A stretch of 64,000 nt of DNA from Rhizobium sp. Q54 (GCA_945889445.1 CAMDBX010000002.1:2041-66040); one strand, 5' to 3'; shown: positions 45,657-56,812, counted from the first letter of the stretch. Notes: generated from the sequence alone by a model not told the origin. Program-made: numbers and translations.

Positions 45657-46796
45657 ATGTCAGCAGAAGAAAAGATCGAAATCCACCGTGGCCTGAAGGG
45701 CGTCTATTTCGAGCGCTCCGGCACCACCTTCATCGACGGCAAGGCCGGGGAACTGCGTTACCGCGGTTATTCGATCCACGACCTCGCCCAGCATTCAAGC
45801 TTCGAGGAGACCGCCTACCTGCTGCTCAACGGCGAACTGCCGACGGCAGCCCAGCTTGTCGCCTTCGACGCCAAGCTGAAGGCGGCACGCAGGCTGCCCG
45901 GGGAGATCCTCTCGCTCATCGAGACGGTAAAACAATCGCACCCGATGGACGTGCTGCGCACCGCCGTCTCGGCGCTCGCCGGCTTCGAGCCCGACACCTA
46001 CGACAATTCCGTGGAGGCAACGCGCGACAAGGGCATCCGCCTCGCCTCGCAGGTGCCGATGATCGTGGCGGCGCATCAGGCGATCCGCAATGGCAGGCCC
46101 GTGCCGCTGCCCGACATGGCGCTGTCGCATGCCGCGAACTTCCTGTGGATGATCACCGGTCGCAAGCCATCTCCGCAAGGCGCGCAGCTGATGGACCGCG
46201 ACCTGATCCTGCATGCCGAGCACGGCAGCAACGCCTCCTCCTTCACCGCACGCGTGGTGATCGGCACCGAGGCCACGCTGCATGCGGCAATGACGTCGGC
46301 CATCGCAGCACTTTCCGGCCCGGCCCATGGCGGCGCAGCGGAGGACGTGATGCGCATGGCACAGGAGATCGGCGAGCCGGAACGGGCCGCCGCCTACGTC
46401 AAGGCGAAGCGCGCAGCGGGCGAGGCGGTCACGGGCTTCGGCCACCGCGTCTACCGCACCGAAGACCCGCGCGCCCGGCACATGCGCGATGGCGTGGAAA
46501 CACTGTCGCGCGAGATGGGCGAGCCCAAGTGGTTCGCCATCCTCCAGGCCGTGGTGGACGCCATGAAGTCCTATGCCCGCTTTGGCGTGAATGTGAACGT
46601 CGACTTCTACTCGGGTGCCATCTATTACCTGAACGGGATCCCGCCTGACCTGTTCGTGCCCATCTTTGCCGTGGGACGCGTGCCCGGCTGGACGGTGCAG
46701 TGCATCGAGCAGCTGCAGAACAACATACTCATCCGTCCACTGACGCTCTATGACGGCCCCTCAGCCCGCGATTACCTGCCCATTTCGCAACGCTGA
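45657..46796 (+). CDS. Citrate-synthase-family protein (short citrate/2-methylcitrate synthase type)
   Basis: ATG at 45657. 379 aa with [46 protein letters not shown] and [14 protein letters not shown]. Confidence 0.85.
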   Translation: MSAEEKIEIHRGLKGVYFERSGTTFIDGKAGELRYRGYSIHDLAQHSSFEETAYLLLNGELPTAAQLVAFDAKLKAARRLPGEILSLIETVKQSHPMDVLRTAVSALAGFEPDTYDNSVEATRDKGIRLASQVPMIVAAHQAIRNGRPVPLPDMALSHAANFLWMITGRKPSPQGAQLMDRDLILHAEHGSNASSFTARVVIGTEATLHAAMTSAIAALSGPAHGGAAEDVMRMAQEIGEPERAAAYVKAKRAAGEAVTGFGHRVYRTEDPRARHMRDGVETLSREMGEPKWFAILQAVVDAMKSYARFGVNVNVDFYSGAIYYLNGIPPDLFVPIFAVGRVPGWTVQCIEQLQNNILIRPLTLYDGPSARDYLPISQR

Positions 46797-47065
46797 GGGG
46801 CGCAGCTCCACATTCTCGCCCATCCAAGGCCACATTCCACCGGCACGGTTCAAACCGCGCACGGGTCGTTGCAGCGTGAAGACACACAGTGACCGCCCGC
46901 AACAGGAACCGGCAGGGGATGGGACGTGCCAGCAGCATCTTGCTCACGCTGGGCGAGCCTGTATCGCATTCATGCCCCCGCCTTGACGCTGATTTCGACG
47001 TGCCGTGACGGGCTGAGGCCGCGCGCTTCAAGCCACTACACGATCACTCTTCGGGAGCATGACAG

Positions 47066-48418
47066 ATGACGCACGACAAAACCTCATCCGAGCCGGTGGA
47101 ACTGCACGAGGAGCCTTCAGCTACCGCTGAGACCGCCGCGGTGCCGCACACTCCTGCCCACAAGGCGGCGCCCCGCGCCCCTCTACGCCGAGCGGCCCCT
47201 GTCCAGCCGGCGGCGCCGCTGCTGCAGCCCTCATGGGTGTTGAGTGCATCCGGAGAGCAGCTCACACGCGAAGAGCTTCTCGCGCGCTACCGCAGACAGC
47301 GCGCGTTGCCCGAGGACCCTTTCGAGACCGAGCCCGCTTCGGAGCTGCCCCACGGCGAGCCGGACACCATCAGGACCGAGCAGCATGGCACGCGCTTAAG
47401 AGACCGCGCGCGTGCGCCCGCCCCATCGCCACGCCCGAACCCGCGCGCTTTCAGCGCAACGCAGACCTTCGCCATTGCCGCAGCCACGGCGCTGGTGGCG
47501 GGCGGCAGCGCCGGGGTGCTGAGCGCACGCCTCGTAACCCCGCAAGCGACAGTCCCTGCTGCTGCCGACGCTGCCGCCTTCGATGCAACACCAGTTTCGC
47601 CCGCAACCCAGTTGCAGATGGCGGAACCCAACGCGGCGCGCGACACGATCATCGAGAAGAAGCCAGTGTCCACCGCTACGCTGCAGGTGGAGGATGTAAC
47701 GGGCGAAACCAACAGCTTCATCCCGCTGGCCCTGCATGCCGGGCCGGCGGGTCTGGAGACTGACATGCTGCTCAAGATCCAGGGCCTGCCCGAGGGCGCC
47801 TACCTCACCTCCGGCCATCGCCAGGACGACCAGATCTGGACACTTTCACTGGCTGAGATGAAGGGCGTGAAACTTGTGGTGCCACGCGCGGATGATCCGC
47901 AGATCGGCCTCGCCATCGCAGCCTTTGAACCGCGAAGCGGCGAATTGGCCGCGCCGGTGAAGACGATGACCGTGGCGTTGAAGGACGTGGTCGTCGAACC
48001 GGCTTCGGCACCACACCCGGACTTGAGCCTGCCGCCACCTGACGGCATCGATTCCACCATGCCCGGGGCGAGTGGCGCAGGCCAGCCGGCGTCGCTTCCG
48101 CCACCCTTCAGCAACAAGTTGGCGCTGGCGGGTCCTGAGTCGGTCGAGACGCTAAACCTGATCAACGGTGCAGACGCGCTGCTCAGCGGTGGCGACGTGG
48201 CCGCCGCCCGCCGCAGCTATGAGCGGGCCTGGGGCAAAGACGGCTCCGCCGCGGCCGCCTATGGCCTGGCACGGAGCTATGATCCTCTGGTGCTGCCCAC
48301 CCTGCCCGCCACCAATGCAACACCGGACAAGGGCCAGGCGATGCAGTGGTACAAGCGCGCAGCCGCGGCGGGCCATGCGGATGCCGCAAAGGCCATCACC
48401 CGGCTGCAGGTGAACTGA
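47066..48418 (+). CDS. Membrane-anchored hypothetical protein with C-terminal Sel1/TPR-like repeats
   Basis: 450 aa. Pro/Ala-rich N-terminus, one TM (FAIAAATALVAGGSAGVLSA), and C-terminal AAAYGLARSYD...QAMQWYKRAAAAGHADA (Sel1-like). Confidence 0.6.
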   Translation: MTHDKTSSEPVELHEEPSATAETAAVPHTPAHKAAPRAPLRRAAPVQPAAPLLQPSWVLSASGEQLTREELLARYRRQRALPEDPFETEPASELPHGEPDTIRTEQHGTRLRDRARAPAPSPRPNPRAFSATQTFAIAAATALVAGGSAGVLSARLVTPQATVPAAADAAAFDATPVSPATQLQMAEPNAARDTIIEKKPVSTATLQVEDVTGETNSFIPLALHAGPAGLETDMLLKIQGLPEGAYLTSGHRQDDQIWTLSLAEMKGVKLVVPRADDPQIGLAIAAFEPRSGELAAPVKTMTVALKDVVVEPASAPHPDLSLPPPDGIDSTMPGASGAGQPASLPPPFSNKLALAGPESVETLNLINGADALLSGGDVAAARRSYERAWGKDGSAAAAYGLARSYDPLVLPTLPATNATPDKGQAMQWYKRAAAAGHADAAKAITRLQVN

Positions 48419-50032
48419 TCAGCTGGCGGGCCTGCCGCCAAGCGCGGCATCGAGCTTGCGGTCACGGCCATAGATGTCCGGCCGGAACTCGATGCTGCCA
48501 CCATCACCCTCGAAGGCGGTGGCATAGATGAGGTGGACCGGAATGTTCTCCGGAAGCCTCACGCGCGTGGTCTTGCCGCTGGCGAAGGCAGCGTCGATCT
48601 TCTGCTTCGACCATCCGGCGATGTCGCCCACCAGGTGATAGGCGAGGTCCATCGGCCGCGACAGGCGGATGCAGCCATGGCTGAAGGCCCGCGTGGTTGC
48701 GAGAAACTTGTCCTTGGACGGCGTGTCGTGCAGATAGATGTTGTAGGGGTTGGGCAGCATGAACTTCACCTTGCCCAGCGCATTCTTGGGACCCGGCTTC
48801 TGGCGGAAAGTGAAGGGGAATTTGCCCTTGCCATAGGCGTTCCAGTTGATGCCGCCCCATGAGGTGAGCTTGCCGTTCATGAACACTTCGAAGTCGGACG
48901 AATAGGCGGACGGATTGCGCCGCAGCTTCGGCAGCATCTCGCTGGTGGCGATTGAATAGGGCACGGTCCAGGTCGGATTGATCTCGACATACTCCAGCTC
49001 GTCCGAGAATTCCGGGGTCTGGTTGGCGACGGCGCCCACCACCACGTCCATGCGGTCGACGATGTCATGGTTCTGGACTTCGCTGAGTTCGAAGGAGGCC
49101 AGGTTCACCATGTAATGGTGATCGCCGAGGTTTTCCGGCATCCAGCGCCAACGCTCCATATTGAGCATGACCTGCCGTGCACGGTCCGCCGGCGGCACGT
49201 TGAGCGCGAGAATGGTCTGCTTGCCGACCACTCCCTTGGATTCGAGGCCGTTGCGCAGCTGAAAGCTCCTGACTGCCAACACGGTGGCGGAGTCATAGAC
49301 CTCACCTTCGTCGTCACCGCCGGGATGATCGCCCGTCAGCATCAGACGTTCGCGAATTTCGGGGATGCGGGGGTCGCTGGCGCCGGGCTGAATGTTGTCG
49401 CCCATCGCGATGGCGTCCCAGTCCACCGTTTCGCCCATGGCACGGTAGAGCGACAGCATCTTCTTCAGCGCCTGATAATGCGAATTCTGCGACTCAAAGG
49501 AGTCGAGGAAGTCGTCGGGCTCCGGTTGCGCGGCAAAACCGGTCATGATCGCCAGCACGTCCACGGTCTTGCGATTGCGGAAGTTCTTGGGATCGACCTT
49601 TTGTGGCGTCAGGCGGCCGATCTTCAGGTCAGTTGCATAGTTCACATAGAATGCCGTGAAGAAGAGCTCGGCCAGCGCCGCGCTCTCGGCGTCCGCAGGA
49701 TCGATGGTATCACGCAGTTCGATCAGCGCATCGAGCGGATAGTCGGCGGGATTGAGACCGTCATCCGCGGCATCGGCAAGCCGCTGCAGGAAGGGCGTAA
49801 TGCGGCCGGTTCCCACCCAGTAGACGGGGGCCTGGTCGCGAATGTAGTGCGCGATGAGCGCCAGGCGGATGCGCTCCAGCGGCAGCGGCAGACGCTCGGG
49901 CGCGTTCAGCACATCGGCGATCGCACTGCCCACCGCCGCCGCGGGCGGCACGGCAGGGGCGGCGCTGGCGGCGGCGGCAAGACCTGCCCACAGGAAAATC
50001 GCAAGGAGAAGTCTCGTCGCCGTCTGCATCAC
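48419..50032 (-). CDS. L,D-transpeptidase (YcbB-like, with PG-binding domain)
   Basis: 537 aa. Signal peptide MMQTATRLLLAIFLWAGLAAAASA, a PG-binding segment (VLAVRSFQLRNGL), and YkuD catalytic motif FSHGCIRLSRP. Confidence 0.85.
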   Translation of the reverse strand: MMQTATRLLLAIFLWAGLAAAASAAPAVPPAAAVGSAIADVLNAPERLPLPLERIRLALIAHYIRDQAPVYWVGTGRITPFLQRLADAADDGLNPADYPLDALIELRDTIDPADAESAALAELFFTAFYVNYATDLKIGRLTPQKVDPKNFRNRKTVDVLAIMTGFAAQPEPDDFLDSFESQNSHYQALKKMLSLYRAMGETVDWDAIAMGDNIQPGASDPRIPEIRERLMLTGDHPGGDDEGEVYDSATVLAVRSFQLRNGLESKGVVGKQTILALNVPPADRARQVMLNMERWRWMPENLGDHHYMVNLASFELSEVQNHDIVDRMDVVVGAVANQTPEFSDELEYVEINPTWTVPYSIATSEMLPKLRRNPSAYSSDFEVFMNGKLTSWGGINWNAYGKGKFPFTFRQKPGPKNALGKVKFMLPNPYNIYLHDTPSKDKFLATTRAFSHGCIRLSRPMDLAYHLVGDIAGWSKQKIDAAFASGKTTRVRLPENIPVHLIYATAFEGDGGSIEFRPDIYGRDRKLDAALGGRPAS

Positions 50033-50041
50033 TTGTCAGCC

Positions 50042-51391
50042 TCACACGTTCAGGAGCAGGTATTCGCGTTCCCAGGAACTGATCACGCGGCGGTAATTCT
50101 GCATCTCCTCGTACTTCACGTCATTGTAGGCTTCGCAGAACTTTTCGCCCAACACCTGCTTAAGCGCCTTGGTATAGTTCAGCTTGTCGAGGCTTTCATC
50201 GAGGCTGATCGGCAGGGTGTGGGCATAGCGATAGGCCGAACCAGTGACGGGTTCCGACGGCTTGATGCGCTCGATCATGCCGAGGTAGCCGCAGGCCAGC
50301 GATGCCGCGAAAGCGAGATAAGGGTTCGCATCAGCACCCGGTACGCGGTTCTCGACGCGGGTGTTGCTGGCATCCGATGACGGGACGCGCAGTGACACGG
50401 TGCGATTGTCGACCGCCCAGTGAACATTGGTCGGCGCATCGGAATCCGGCACGAGGCGGCGGTAGGAGTTGACGTTGGGTGCGCACAGTGAGAGTGCTGC
50501 CGCAAGATAACGCTGCAGCCCGCCAATGTGGTTCAGGAACAGCTTCGACTGCGCGCCATCCTTGCTGGCGAAGATGTTCTTGCCGGTCTTCATGTCCATC
50601 ACCGACTGGTGGATGTGCATGGAGGAACCGGGCTCGTTCTCATGCGGCTTGGCCATGAAGGTGGCATACATGTCGTGCTTCAGTGCGGCCTGGCGCACCG
50701 TACGCTTGAACAGGAACACCTGGTCGGCCAGCTCCAGCGGGTCGCCGTGGTTGAAGTTGATCTCGAGCTGCGCCGGACCGCTTTCATGGCTCAGCGTGTC
50801 GACGTCGAGCTCCTGCGCTTCGCAATAATCATAAATGTCCTCGACGATCGGATCGAAGTCATTGGCGGCGTCGATGCCATAGGCCTGGCCACCCGGCTCC
50901 TTGCGCCCGGAACGGCCGACGGCGGCATCGAGCGGATAGTCGGGATCGATGTTCTTCTTGACCAGATAGAATTCGAGCTCGGGCGCGATGACCGGCCGCC
51001 AGCCCTTTTCCTTGTAGGCCTGCAGCACGCGCTTCAGCACATGGCGCGGCGAAATCTCCACCGGCCTGTCATCGAGGTGGAAGGCGTCGCAGATCACCTG
51101 TGCCGTCGGCTCCTGGTACCATGGCACGAAGCGGATCGTGTCCGGGTCGGGCTTCATGTAGATGTCGATCGCGCTGTCGCTCACTGCGCGGGTGTCCTGC
51201 GTGTAGCGGCCATTGATTGTGAGTGTGAAGACTTCCTCCGGAATGCGCAGCCCGCGCGAGCGGTTGCCGGAGAGAAACTTCTTGGGCGGAAGAATTTTGC
51301 CGCGCGCGGTGCCGTTCATGTCTGCAACGAGGCATTCGACCTCGCTGATCTTGTGTTCGTGCAGCCATTCCTCAAATCGCGATTGGGTCAT
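50042..51391 (-). CDS. Glutamine-synthetase-family gamma-glutamyl-amine ligase (PuuA-like)
   Basis: 449 aa from the ATG at 51391. GS catalytic-domain blocks are present (PELEFYL, HESGPAQLEINF, MAKPHENEPGSSMHIHQS, NVNSYRRL). Confidence 0.85.
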   Translation of the reverse strand: MTQSRFEEWLHEHKISEVECLVADMNGTARGKILPPKKFLSGNRSRGLRIPEEVFTLTINGRYTQDTRAVSDSAIDIYMKPDPDTIRFVPWYQEPTAQVICDAFHLDDRPVEISPRHVLKRVLQAYKEKGWRPVIAPELEFYLVKKNIDPDYPLDAAVGRSGRKEPGGQAYGIDAANDFDPIVEDIYDYCEAQELDVDTLSHESGPAQLEINFNHGDPLELADQVFLFKRTVRQAALKHDMYATFMAKPHENEPGSSMHIHQSVMDMKTGKNIFASKDGAQSKLFLNHIGGLQRYLAAALSLCAPNVNSYRRLVPDSDAPTNVHWAVDNRTVSLRVPSSDASNTRVENRVPGADANPYLAFAASLACGYLGMIERIKPSEPVTGSAYRYAHTLPISLDESLDKLNYTKALKQVLGEKFCEAYNDVKYEEMQNYRRVISSWEREYLLLNV

Positions 51392-51474
51392 GATATTCCA
51401 AGTATTGTTGTCGCGGCCCAATGTAGCGCGGAAGCTTGACCAAACAAAAGGGGGACCGCTAAACCCTTTTCACC

Positions 51475-52752
51475 ATGTCAAAATCCATCTTTGCGCCCAG
51501 CTATTATCAGGCCACGGCCACCCCTTCCCCAGCCCACCTGCCGCTCTCGGGCGAGATTTCCGCCGATGTGTGCATCGTGGGTGCGGGCTACACCGGGCTT
51601 TCGGCGGCCGTGGAGCTGGCCGAGGCTGGCCACAGGGTGGTGGTACTGGAATCCGAGACGGTGGGCCACGGCGCATCTGGCCGCAATGGCGGGCAGATCT
51701 GCACAGGCTTTTCCTCAGGGCAAGACAAGATCGCAGCACAGCTGGGCAAGGAGGATGCGCGCAAGTGTTTCGCAATCGCGCAGGAGTCAAAGCGGCTGCT
51801 GGTGGACCGAATCAGTCGTTACAAGATCGACTGCGACCTGCGCTGGGGCTACCTGCACGTCCTCCCGAAACCCAACCGCATGGACGGGCTGAAGGAATGG
51901 AAGGACGAGTGGGATGCGCTCGGCTACACCGACACGCAGATCATCGACAAGGCAGGGCTCGAACAAAAGCTCGGCACGCGCCACTACCATGGCGCCCTGC
52001 GCGAGGGCGGCGCTGGGCACTTCCACCCGCTCAACTATTGCCTCGGCCTTGCCCGCGCGGCAACGGAAGCGGGCGCGGTGATCCATGAGCATTTCCCGGC
52101 CATCGAGGTGGATACCGGTTCGAAGCCCTTCGTGCGCACGGCGCGCGGCAAGGTGAACGCACGCTTCGTGATCATCGCCTGCAATGCCTATCTCGGCCGA
52201 CTGGTGCCGAAGCTCTATGGCAAGGTCCTGCCGGTGACGAGCTACATCATCGCCACGGAACCCCTGGGCGAAAACCGGGCGCGCGCGATGATCCGCGACG
52301 GCGAGGCAGTGGCTGACACTAACTTCATCGTCGACTATTTCCGACTGACGCCCGACACGCGCATGCTGTTCGGCGGCCGCGCCAGCTACACCACCATGGA
52401 GCCGGCGCACCTTGCGCCGGACATGAAGAAGAGCATGGTGAAAATCTTTCCGCAGCTGCGCGATGCGAAAATCGACTTTGCCTGGGGCGGCTACATCGCC
52501 ATCACCCAAAATCGCATTCCGGATTGCGGTCGTCTGAGCCCCACCGCCTACTATGCCCACGGCTATTCCGGCCAGGGCGTGGCACTCGCCGGCATGTACG
52601 GCAAGCTGATGGCCGAGGCGGTGCGCGGCACGGCCGAGCGCTTCGACCTGCTGTCGCGTGTCCGACACTTCCCCTTCCCTGGCGGTCCGGTGCGTGTGCC
52701 ACTGCTCGCCGCCGCCATGCTGTACTACCGATTGAAGGATGCCCTGAGCTGA
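51475..52752 (+). CDS. FAD-dependent oxidoreductase (gamma-glutamylamine oxidase PuuB-like, DAO family)
   Basis: 425 aa. The dinucleotide-binding motif is DVCIVGAGYTGLSAAVELAEAG, followed by GASGRNGG. Confidence 0.85.
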   Translation: MSKSIFAPSYYQATATPSPAHLPLSGEISADVCIVGAGYTGLSAAVELAEAGHRVVVLESETVGHGASGRNGGQICTGFSSGQDKIAAQLGKEDARKCFAIAQESKRLLVDRISRYKIDCDLRWGYLHVLPKPNRMDGLKEWKDEWDALGYTDTQIIDKAGLEQKLGTRHYHGALREGGAGHFHPLNYCLGLARAATEAGAVIHEHFPAIEVDTGSKPFVRTARGKVNARFVIIACNAYLGRLVPKLYGKVLPVTSYIIATEPLGENRARAMIRDGEAVADTNFIVDYFRLTPDTRMLFGGRASYTTMEPAHLAPDMKKSMVKIFPQLRDAKIDFAWGGYIAITQNRIPDCGRLSPTAYYAHGYSGQGVALAGMYGKLMAEAVRGTAERFDLLSRVRHFPFPGGPVRVPLLAAAMLYYRLKDALS

Positions 52753-53870
52753 TGAGCAAGCTGTTCTCCCCCGCCACCTATCGCGGCATGACACTGAAGA
52801 ACCGGGTGATCGTGGCACCCATGTGCCAGTATTCGGCACAGCATGGCTTCGCCAATGACTGGCACCTCGTGCACCTCGGCCGTTTTGCGCTGGGCGGCTT
52901 CAGCCTCGTCATCGTTGAAGCAGCGGGGGTCACGCCTGAGGGCCGCATCTCCTATGGCTGTCTCGGCCTGTGGGAGGATGCCCAGATCGCGCCGCTGACG
53001 CGCATCGTGGACTTCCTCCACAAGAACGGCGCGAAGGCTGGCATTCAGCTGGCCCATGCCGGCCGCAAGGCGAATTCACCAATTCCGTGGCGCGGCGGTT
53101 TCAACGAGACGGACGCGGAGAAGCGGGACCTGGGCTTCGAGGCCTGGACATCGGTGGCACCCTCAGCCGAGCGGCACAGCGCCTCATACCCCGTGCCCGA
53201 GGCGCTCGACGAGGCGGGCCTTGCCCGCGTGCGCGAAGGCTTCGTGGCCGCTGCGAAGCGGGCCGATGCGGCGGGCTTCGACATGATCGAAGTTCACTCC
53301 GCGCACGGCTATCTGCTGAACCAGTTCCTGTCGCCGATTGCCAACAAGCGCAGCGATCAGTATGGCGGCAGCTTTGGCAACCGCATGCGTTTTCCCCTTG
53401 AGGTGGCGCGTGCCGTGCGTGACGCATGGCCCAAGGACAAACCAGCCTTCGTGCGCATCTCCGTCACCGATTGGATCGAAGGTGGCGTGACGGTTGCAGA
53501 CAGCATCGCTTACGCCCGGGAACTGAAGGCCATCGGCTATGACGTCGTGCATTGCTCGTCCAGCGGCTTCGATGGCGCGAAAATTCCAGTGGGCCCGCTG
53601 TATCAGGTGCCGCTGGCCGAAGCGGTGCGGAAGGGGGCCGACGTGCCCACCGCCGCCGTGGGCCTCATCACCACGGCGCAGGAAGCCGAGCAGATTCTCG
53701 AAAAGGGAGAAGCCGACCTGATCGCGCTGGCCCGCCAGGCGCTGGACGACCCCAACTGGCCTCTCCACGCGATGCGAGAACTGATCGCCGGAGACACATA
53801 CGGAAATTGGCCGCTGCAGGCGGGCTACGCCGTGCGCAACAAGGACCGGGCGTTGGGCACCACCCGCTAA
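52752..53870 (+). CDS. Old-yellow-enzyme family NADH:flavin oxidoreductase (YqjM/NamA type)
   Basis: The ATG at 52752 shares a base with the upstream stop (TGATG). MSKLFSPATYRGMTLKNRVIVAPMCQYS, IQLAHAGRKA and EVHSAHGYLLNQFLSP are present. Confidence 0.85.
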   Translation: MSKLFSPATYRGMTLKNRVIVAPMCQYSAQHGFANDWHLVHLGRFALGGFSLVIVEAAGVTPEGRISYGCLGLWEDAQIAPLTRIVDFLHKNGAKAGIQLAHAGRKANSPIPWRGGFNETDAEKRDLGFEAWTSVAPSAERHSASYPVPEALDEAGLARVREGFVAAAKRADAAGFDMIEVHSAHGYLLNQFLSPIANKRSDQYGGSFGNRMRFPLEVARAVRDAWPKDKPAFVRISVTDWIEGGVTVADSIAYARELKAIGYDVVHCSSSGFDGAKIPVGPLYQVPLAEAVRKGADVPTAAVGLITTAQEAEQILEKGEADLIALARQALDDPNWPLHAMRELIAGDTYGNWPLQAGYAVRNKDRALGTTR

Positions 53871-53874
53871 AGTC

Positions 53875-54870
53875 CTATTCGGCGACGGGCGCGGCGCGCG
53901 CGCCCTTCTGCCAGGCCTTGAGGCAAAGATATTCCATGATGAGGGACGAGGCGGCCAGCGAGGTGATGTCGGCGTGGTCGTATGGGGGTGACACCTCCAC
54001 CACATCCATCGCCACGAAGTTGATGTCCGTCAGCTTGCGGATGATAGCGGCCGCCTGGTGATAGCTGAGGCCACCGGGGATCGGCGTGCCCGTGCCGGGA
54101 GCAACGGAAGGGTCGAGGCAGTCGATGTCGAAGGTGAGGTAGGTATTGTTGCTGCCAACCACCTTGCGGATGATGTCGGCCAGCTGCGCTGACGTCGACT
54201 CATGCACCTCGTCGGCATAGACGATCTTGAAGCCATAAGTGCGCTCGCCGGCGAACACAGTGCGGATGCCGATCTGCACCGACTTCTTGGGATCGATCAG
54301 GCCTTCCTTCACCGCGTAGCCAAACATGGTGCCGTGGTCGATACGGCCGCCGTCGTCCGGTTCCACGTCGCGGTGCGCATCGAAGTGGATGAGCGACAGG
54401 GGGCCGTGCTTCTTCGCGTGTGCCCTGAGCAGCGGATAGGTGACGTAGTGGTCGCCACCCAGCGAGATCATCTCGGCACCCGATGAAATGATCTCGGTGG
54501 CATGGTCCTCGAGGCGCTGCGGGAAGTTCTCCTTGCGGCCCCAGTCGAAGAAGCAGTCGCCGTAGTCGACGACGGCCAGCGTGTCGAAAGGATCGAAGCT
54601 CCACGGCCAGAACGGCCCCCAGGCATTCTCGGCCGAAGCCTTGCGGATACCCTCAGGGCCCATGCGCGTGCCAGAGCGGTGCGACACCGCCTGGTCGAAG
54701 GGAATGCCGGTGACAGCGATGTCCACGCCCTTGAGATCGCGTGAATACTTGCGGCGCATGAAGGAGAGTGCGCCGGCATAGGTTGGCTCCCACTGCGTGC
54801 CCTTCAGGCTTTCGCGGCGAAAGGCGCTGTCGCCCGGAAACGGGCCGTTGGGATTCATTTCGAGCGACAT
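53875..54870 (-). CDS. Ureohydrolase (agmatinase / guanidino-acid hydrolase family)
   Basis: 331 aa. The Mn-ligand blocks are SLGGDHYVTYP, IHFDAHRD and TFDIDCLDPS. Confidence 0.85.
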   Translation of the reverse strand: MSLEMNPNGPFPGDSAFRRESLKGTQWEPTYAGALSFMRRKYSRDLKGVDIAVTGIPFDQAVSHRSGTRMGPEGIRKASAENAWGPFWPWSFDPFDTLAVVDYGDCFFDWGRKENFPQRLEDHATEIISSGAEMISLGGDHYVTYPLLRAHAKKHGPLSLIHFDAHRDVEPDDGGRIDHGTMFGYAVKEGLIDPKKSVQIGIRTVFAGERTYGFKIVYADEVHESTSAQLADIIRKVVGSNNTYLTFDIDCLDPSVAPGTGTPIPGGLSYHQAAAIIRKLTDINFVAMDVVEVSPPYDHADITSLAASSLIMEYLCLKAWQKGARAAPVAE

Positions 54871-54875
54871 CAGCG

Positions 54876-55958
54876 CTACTCCGTAAGGACGATGGAATCT
54901 TCGGGTGCCCAGTATACCCAGATGCTCTGTCCGCGCTCAACGCCGGAACCACCGAGTCTCGTATCGTTCTGGACGTTCACAGACAGGTTGAGCCCGTCCG
55001 CCGCTTCGATGACGACGTGGCTCGTATCGCCGTAATAGGCAACGTCGCGCACCTTGCCCTGAACGCGGATGGCGGCGGTGGGCTCCGAACTGGCAATCTT
55101 GAGTTTCTCAGGCCGCACGGCCACGGAAACCTGCGCACCGACGAGGTTGTCGCTGACGAGTTCCATGCGGCCCACGCCCTTCAACTCGCAATCGACCTTG
55201 CGGCCGATCTGCCGATGCACGCGCGCCTCGATCAGGTTCACCTTGCCGATGAAGTCCGCGACGAAACGGGTCTTCGGTTGTTCATAGAGCTCGGCGGGGG
55301 TGGCCACCTGCTGCACGGCGCCACGGTCCATGACGGCGATGCGGCTGGCCATGGAGAGCGCTTCGTCCTGGTCATGGGTGACGATGATGAAGGTGATGCC
55401 CACGGTTTCCTGAAGTCGGGTGAGCTCCATGCGCATGTCGTCGCGCAGCTTGGCATCAAGGGCCGAGAGCGGCTCGTCGAGCAGCAGTACCTTGGGGCGC
55501 TTGACCAGGGCGCGGGCGAGTGCTACGCGCTGGCGCTGGCCACCCGACATCTGGTCGGGCTTGCGGGTGGCAAGTGCGGTGAGCTTCACCATCTCCAGCG
55601 CCTCGCCGACGCGGCGCCTGATCTCGTCTGATGCAACGCCCGTGACCTTCAGGCCGTAGCCGACATTCTGCTCCACTGTCATGTGCGGGAACACCGCATA
55701 GGACTGGAACACCATGTTGGTGGGCCGCTTGTTGGGCGGCGTGTAGGCCATGTCCTCGCCGCCGATGATGATCTGGCCGCCGGTCGGCGTCTCGAGGCCG
55801 GAGATCATGCGCAGAAGCGTGGTCTTGCCGCAGCCCGAAGGACCGAGAAGGGCGAAGAACTCGTTCTGTTCAATGTCGATCGAGACATTGTCGACGGCTG
55901 TAACGCCACCCGGGAAAGCCTTGGTGACGTTGCGAATGGAGACGATGGTATCTGACAT
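54876..55958 (-). CDS. Polyamine-type ABC transporter ATP-binding protein (PotA/PotG-like)
   Basis: Walker A GPSGCGKTT, MSGGQRQR, LLLDEPLSALD, and a C-terminal TOBE-like domain. ATG at 55958. The track used the TTG at 55967. Confidence 0.9.
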   Translation of the reverse strand: MSDTIVSIRNVTKAFPGGVTAVDNVSIDIEQNEFFALLGPSGCGKTTLLRMISGLETPTGGQIIIGGEDMAYTPPNKRPTNMVFQSYAVFPHMTVEQNVGYGLKVTGVASDEIRRRVGEALEMVKLTALATRKPDQMSGGQRQRVALARALVKRPKVLLLDEPLSALDAKLRDDMRMELTRLQETVGITFIIVTHDQDEALSMASRIAVMDRGAVQQVATPAELYEQPKTRFVADFIGKVNLIEARVHRQIGRKVDCELKGVGRMELVSDNLVGAQVSVAVRPEKLKIASSEPTAAIRVQGKVRDVAYYGDTSHVVIEAADGLNLSVNVQNDTRLGGSGVERGQSIWVYWAPEDSIVLTE

Positions 55959-55963
55959 CTTGT

Positions 55964-56812
55964 TCAAACCTTGTCCGCCTTGGGCGGCGCCTGGAGCTTC
56001 ATTGCGAGAACGGTGGCGATCACCGTGATGACGATGAGGACGGTGGACGCCGCATTGATCTCGGGCGAGACGCCGCGGCGAACCAGCGAGTAAACCTTCA
56101 CGGGGAATGTCACCGTTTCCGGCCCCGAGGTGAAGAAGGTGATGACGAAATCGTCAAGCGACAGCGTGAAGGCCAGAAGCGCTCCGGCGATGAGGCCCGG
56201 CTTCATGTAGGGCACGATGATCGACCAGAAGGTCTGCCACTCGCTGGCGCCGAGGTCCTTCGAGGCTTCCTCCAGCTGGCGGTTGAATCCGACCAGGCGC
56301 GACCGCACGACGACAGCCACGAAGGGGAAACAGAAGGTGACATGGGCGAAGATGATGTTGCCAAGGTTCAGCGGCCACGGGAGAGCGACGAAGAGCCCCA
56401 TCATGCCTGAGTTGACGAAGAACAGCAGCAGCGCCACGCCCATGCAGATTTCAGGGATGACGATAGGAAGCGCCATGAAGCCCTCATAGGCGCCCTTGAA
56501 GGGAAATCGGAAGCGCCACATCAGCAGCGCCGTCAGCGCGCCGAGCACGGTGGCGAAGACCGTTGCAATGAGCGCAATCACCAGCGAGTTGGTCAGCGCC
56601 TCGATGAGTGAGGCGTTGTTCCAGGCCTTGGTATAGTTGTCGAGCGTGAAGCCGCGCCACACCACGCCGCGCTTGTCGGTGTTGAAGGAGAAGGCGACGA
56701 GCGTGATGATCGGCGCATAGAGCACGAAGAAGATGGCGGCAAACAGCACCTTGAGCCAGGTGCGGCTGCCATAGTCGAGGGGCCCCTGCCCCGGTTTCAG
56801 CTGGGCGGCCAT
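55964..56812 (-). CDS. ABC transporter permease (PotC/PotI-like)
   Basis: 282 aa, 6 TM, with EAA-type loop (EEASKDLGASEWQTFWSIIVPYMKPG). It overlaps the upstream permease by 1 nt. Confidence 0.85.
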   Translation of the reverse strand: MAAQLKPGQGPLDYGSRTWLKVLFAAIFFVLYAPIITLVAFSFNTDKRGVVWRGFTLDNYTKAWNNASLIEALTNSLVIALIATVFATVLGALTALLMWRFRFPFKGAYEGFMALPIVIPEICMGVALLLFFVNSGMMGLFVALPWPLNLGNIIFAHVTFCFPFVAVVVRSRLVGFNRQLEEASKDLGASEWQTFWSIIVPYMKPGLIAGALLAFTLSLDDFVITFFTSGPETVTFPVKVYSLVRRGVSPEINAASTVLIVITVIATVLAMKLQAPPKADKV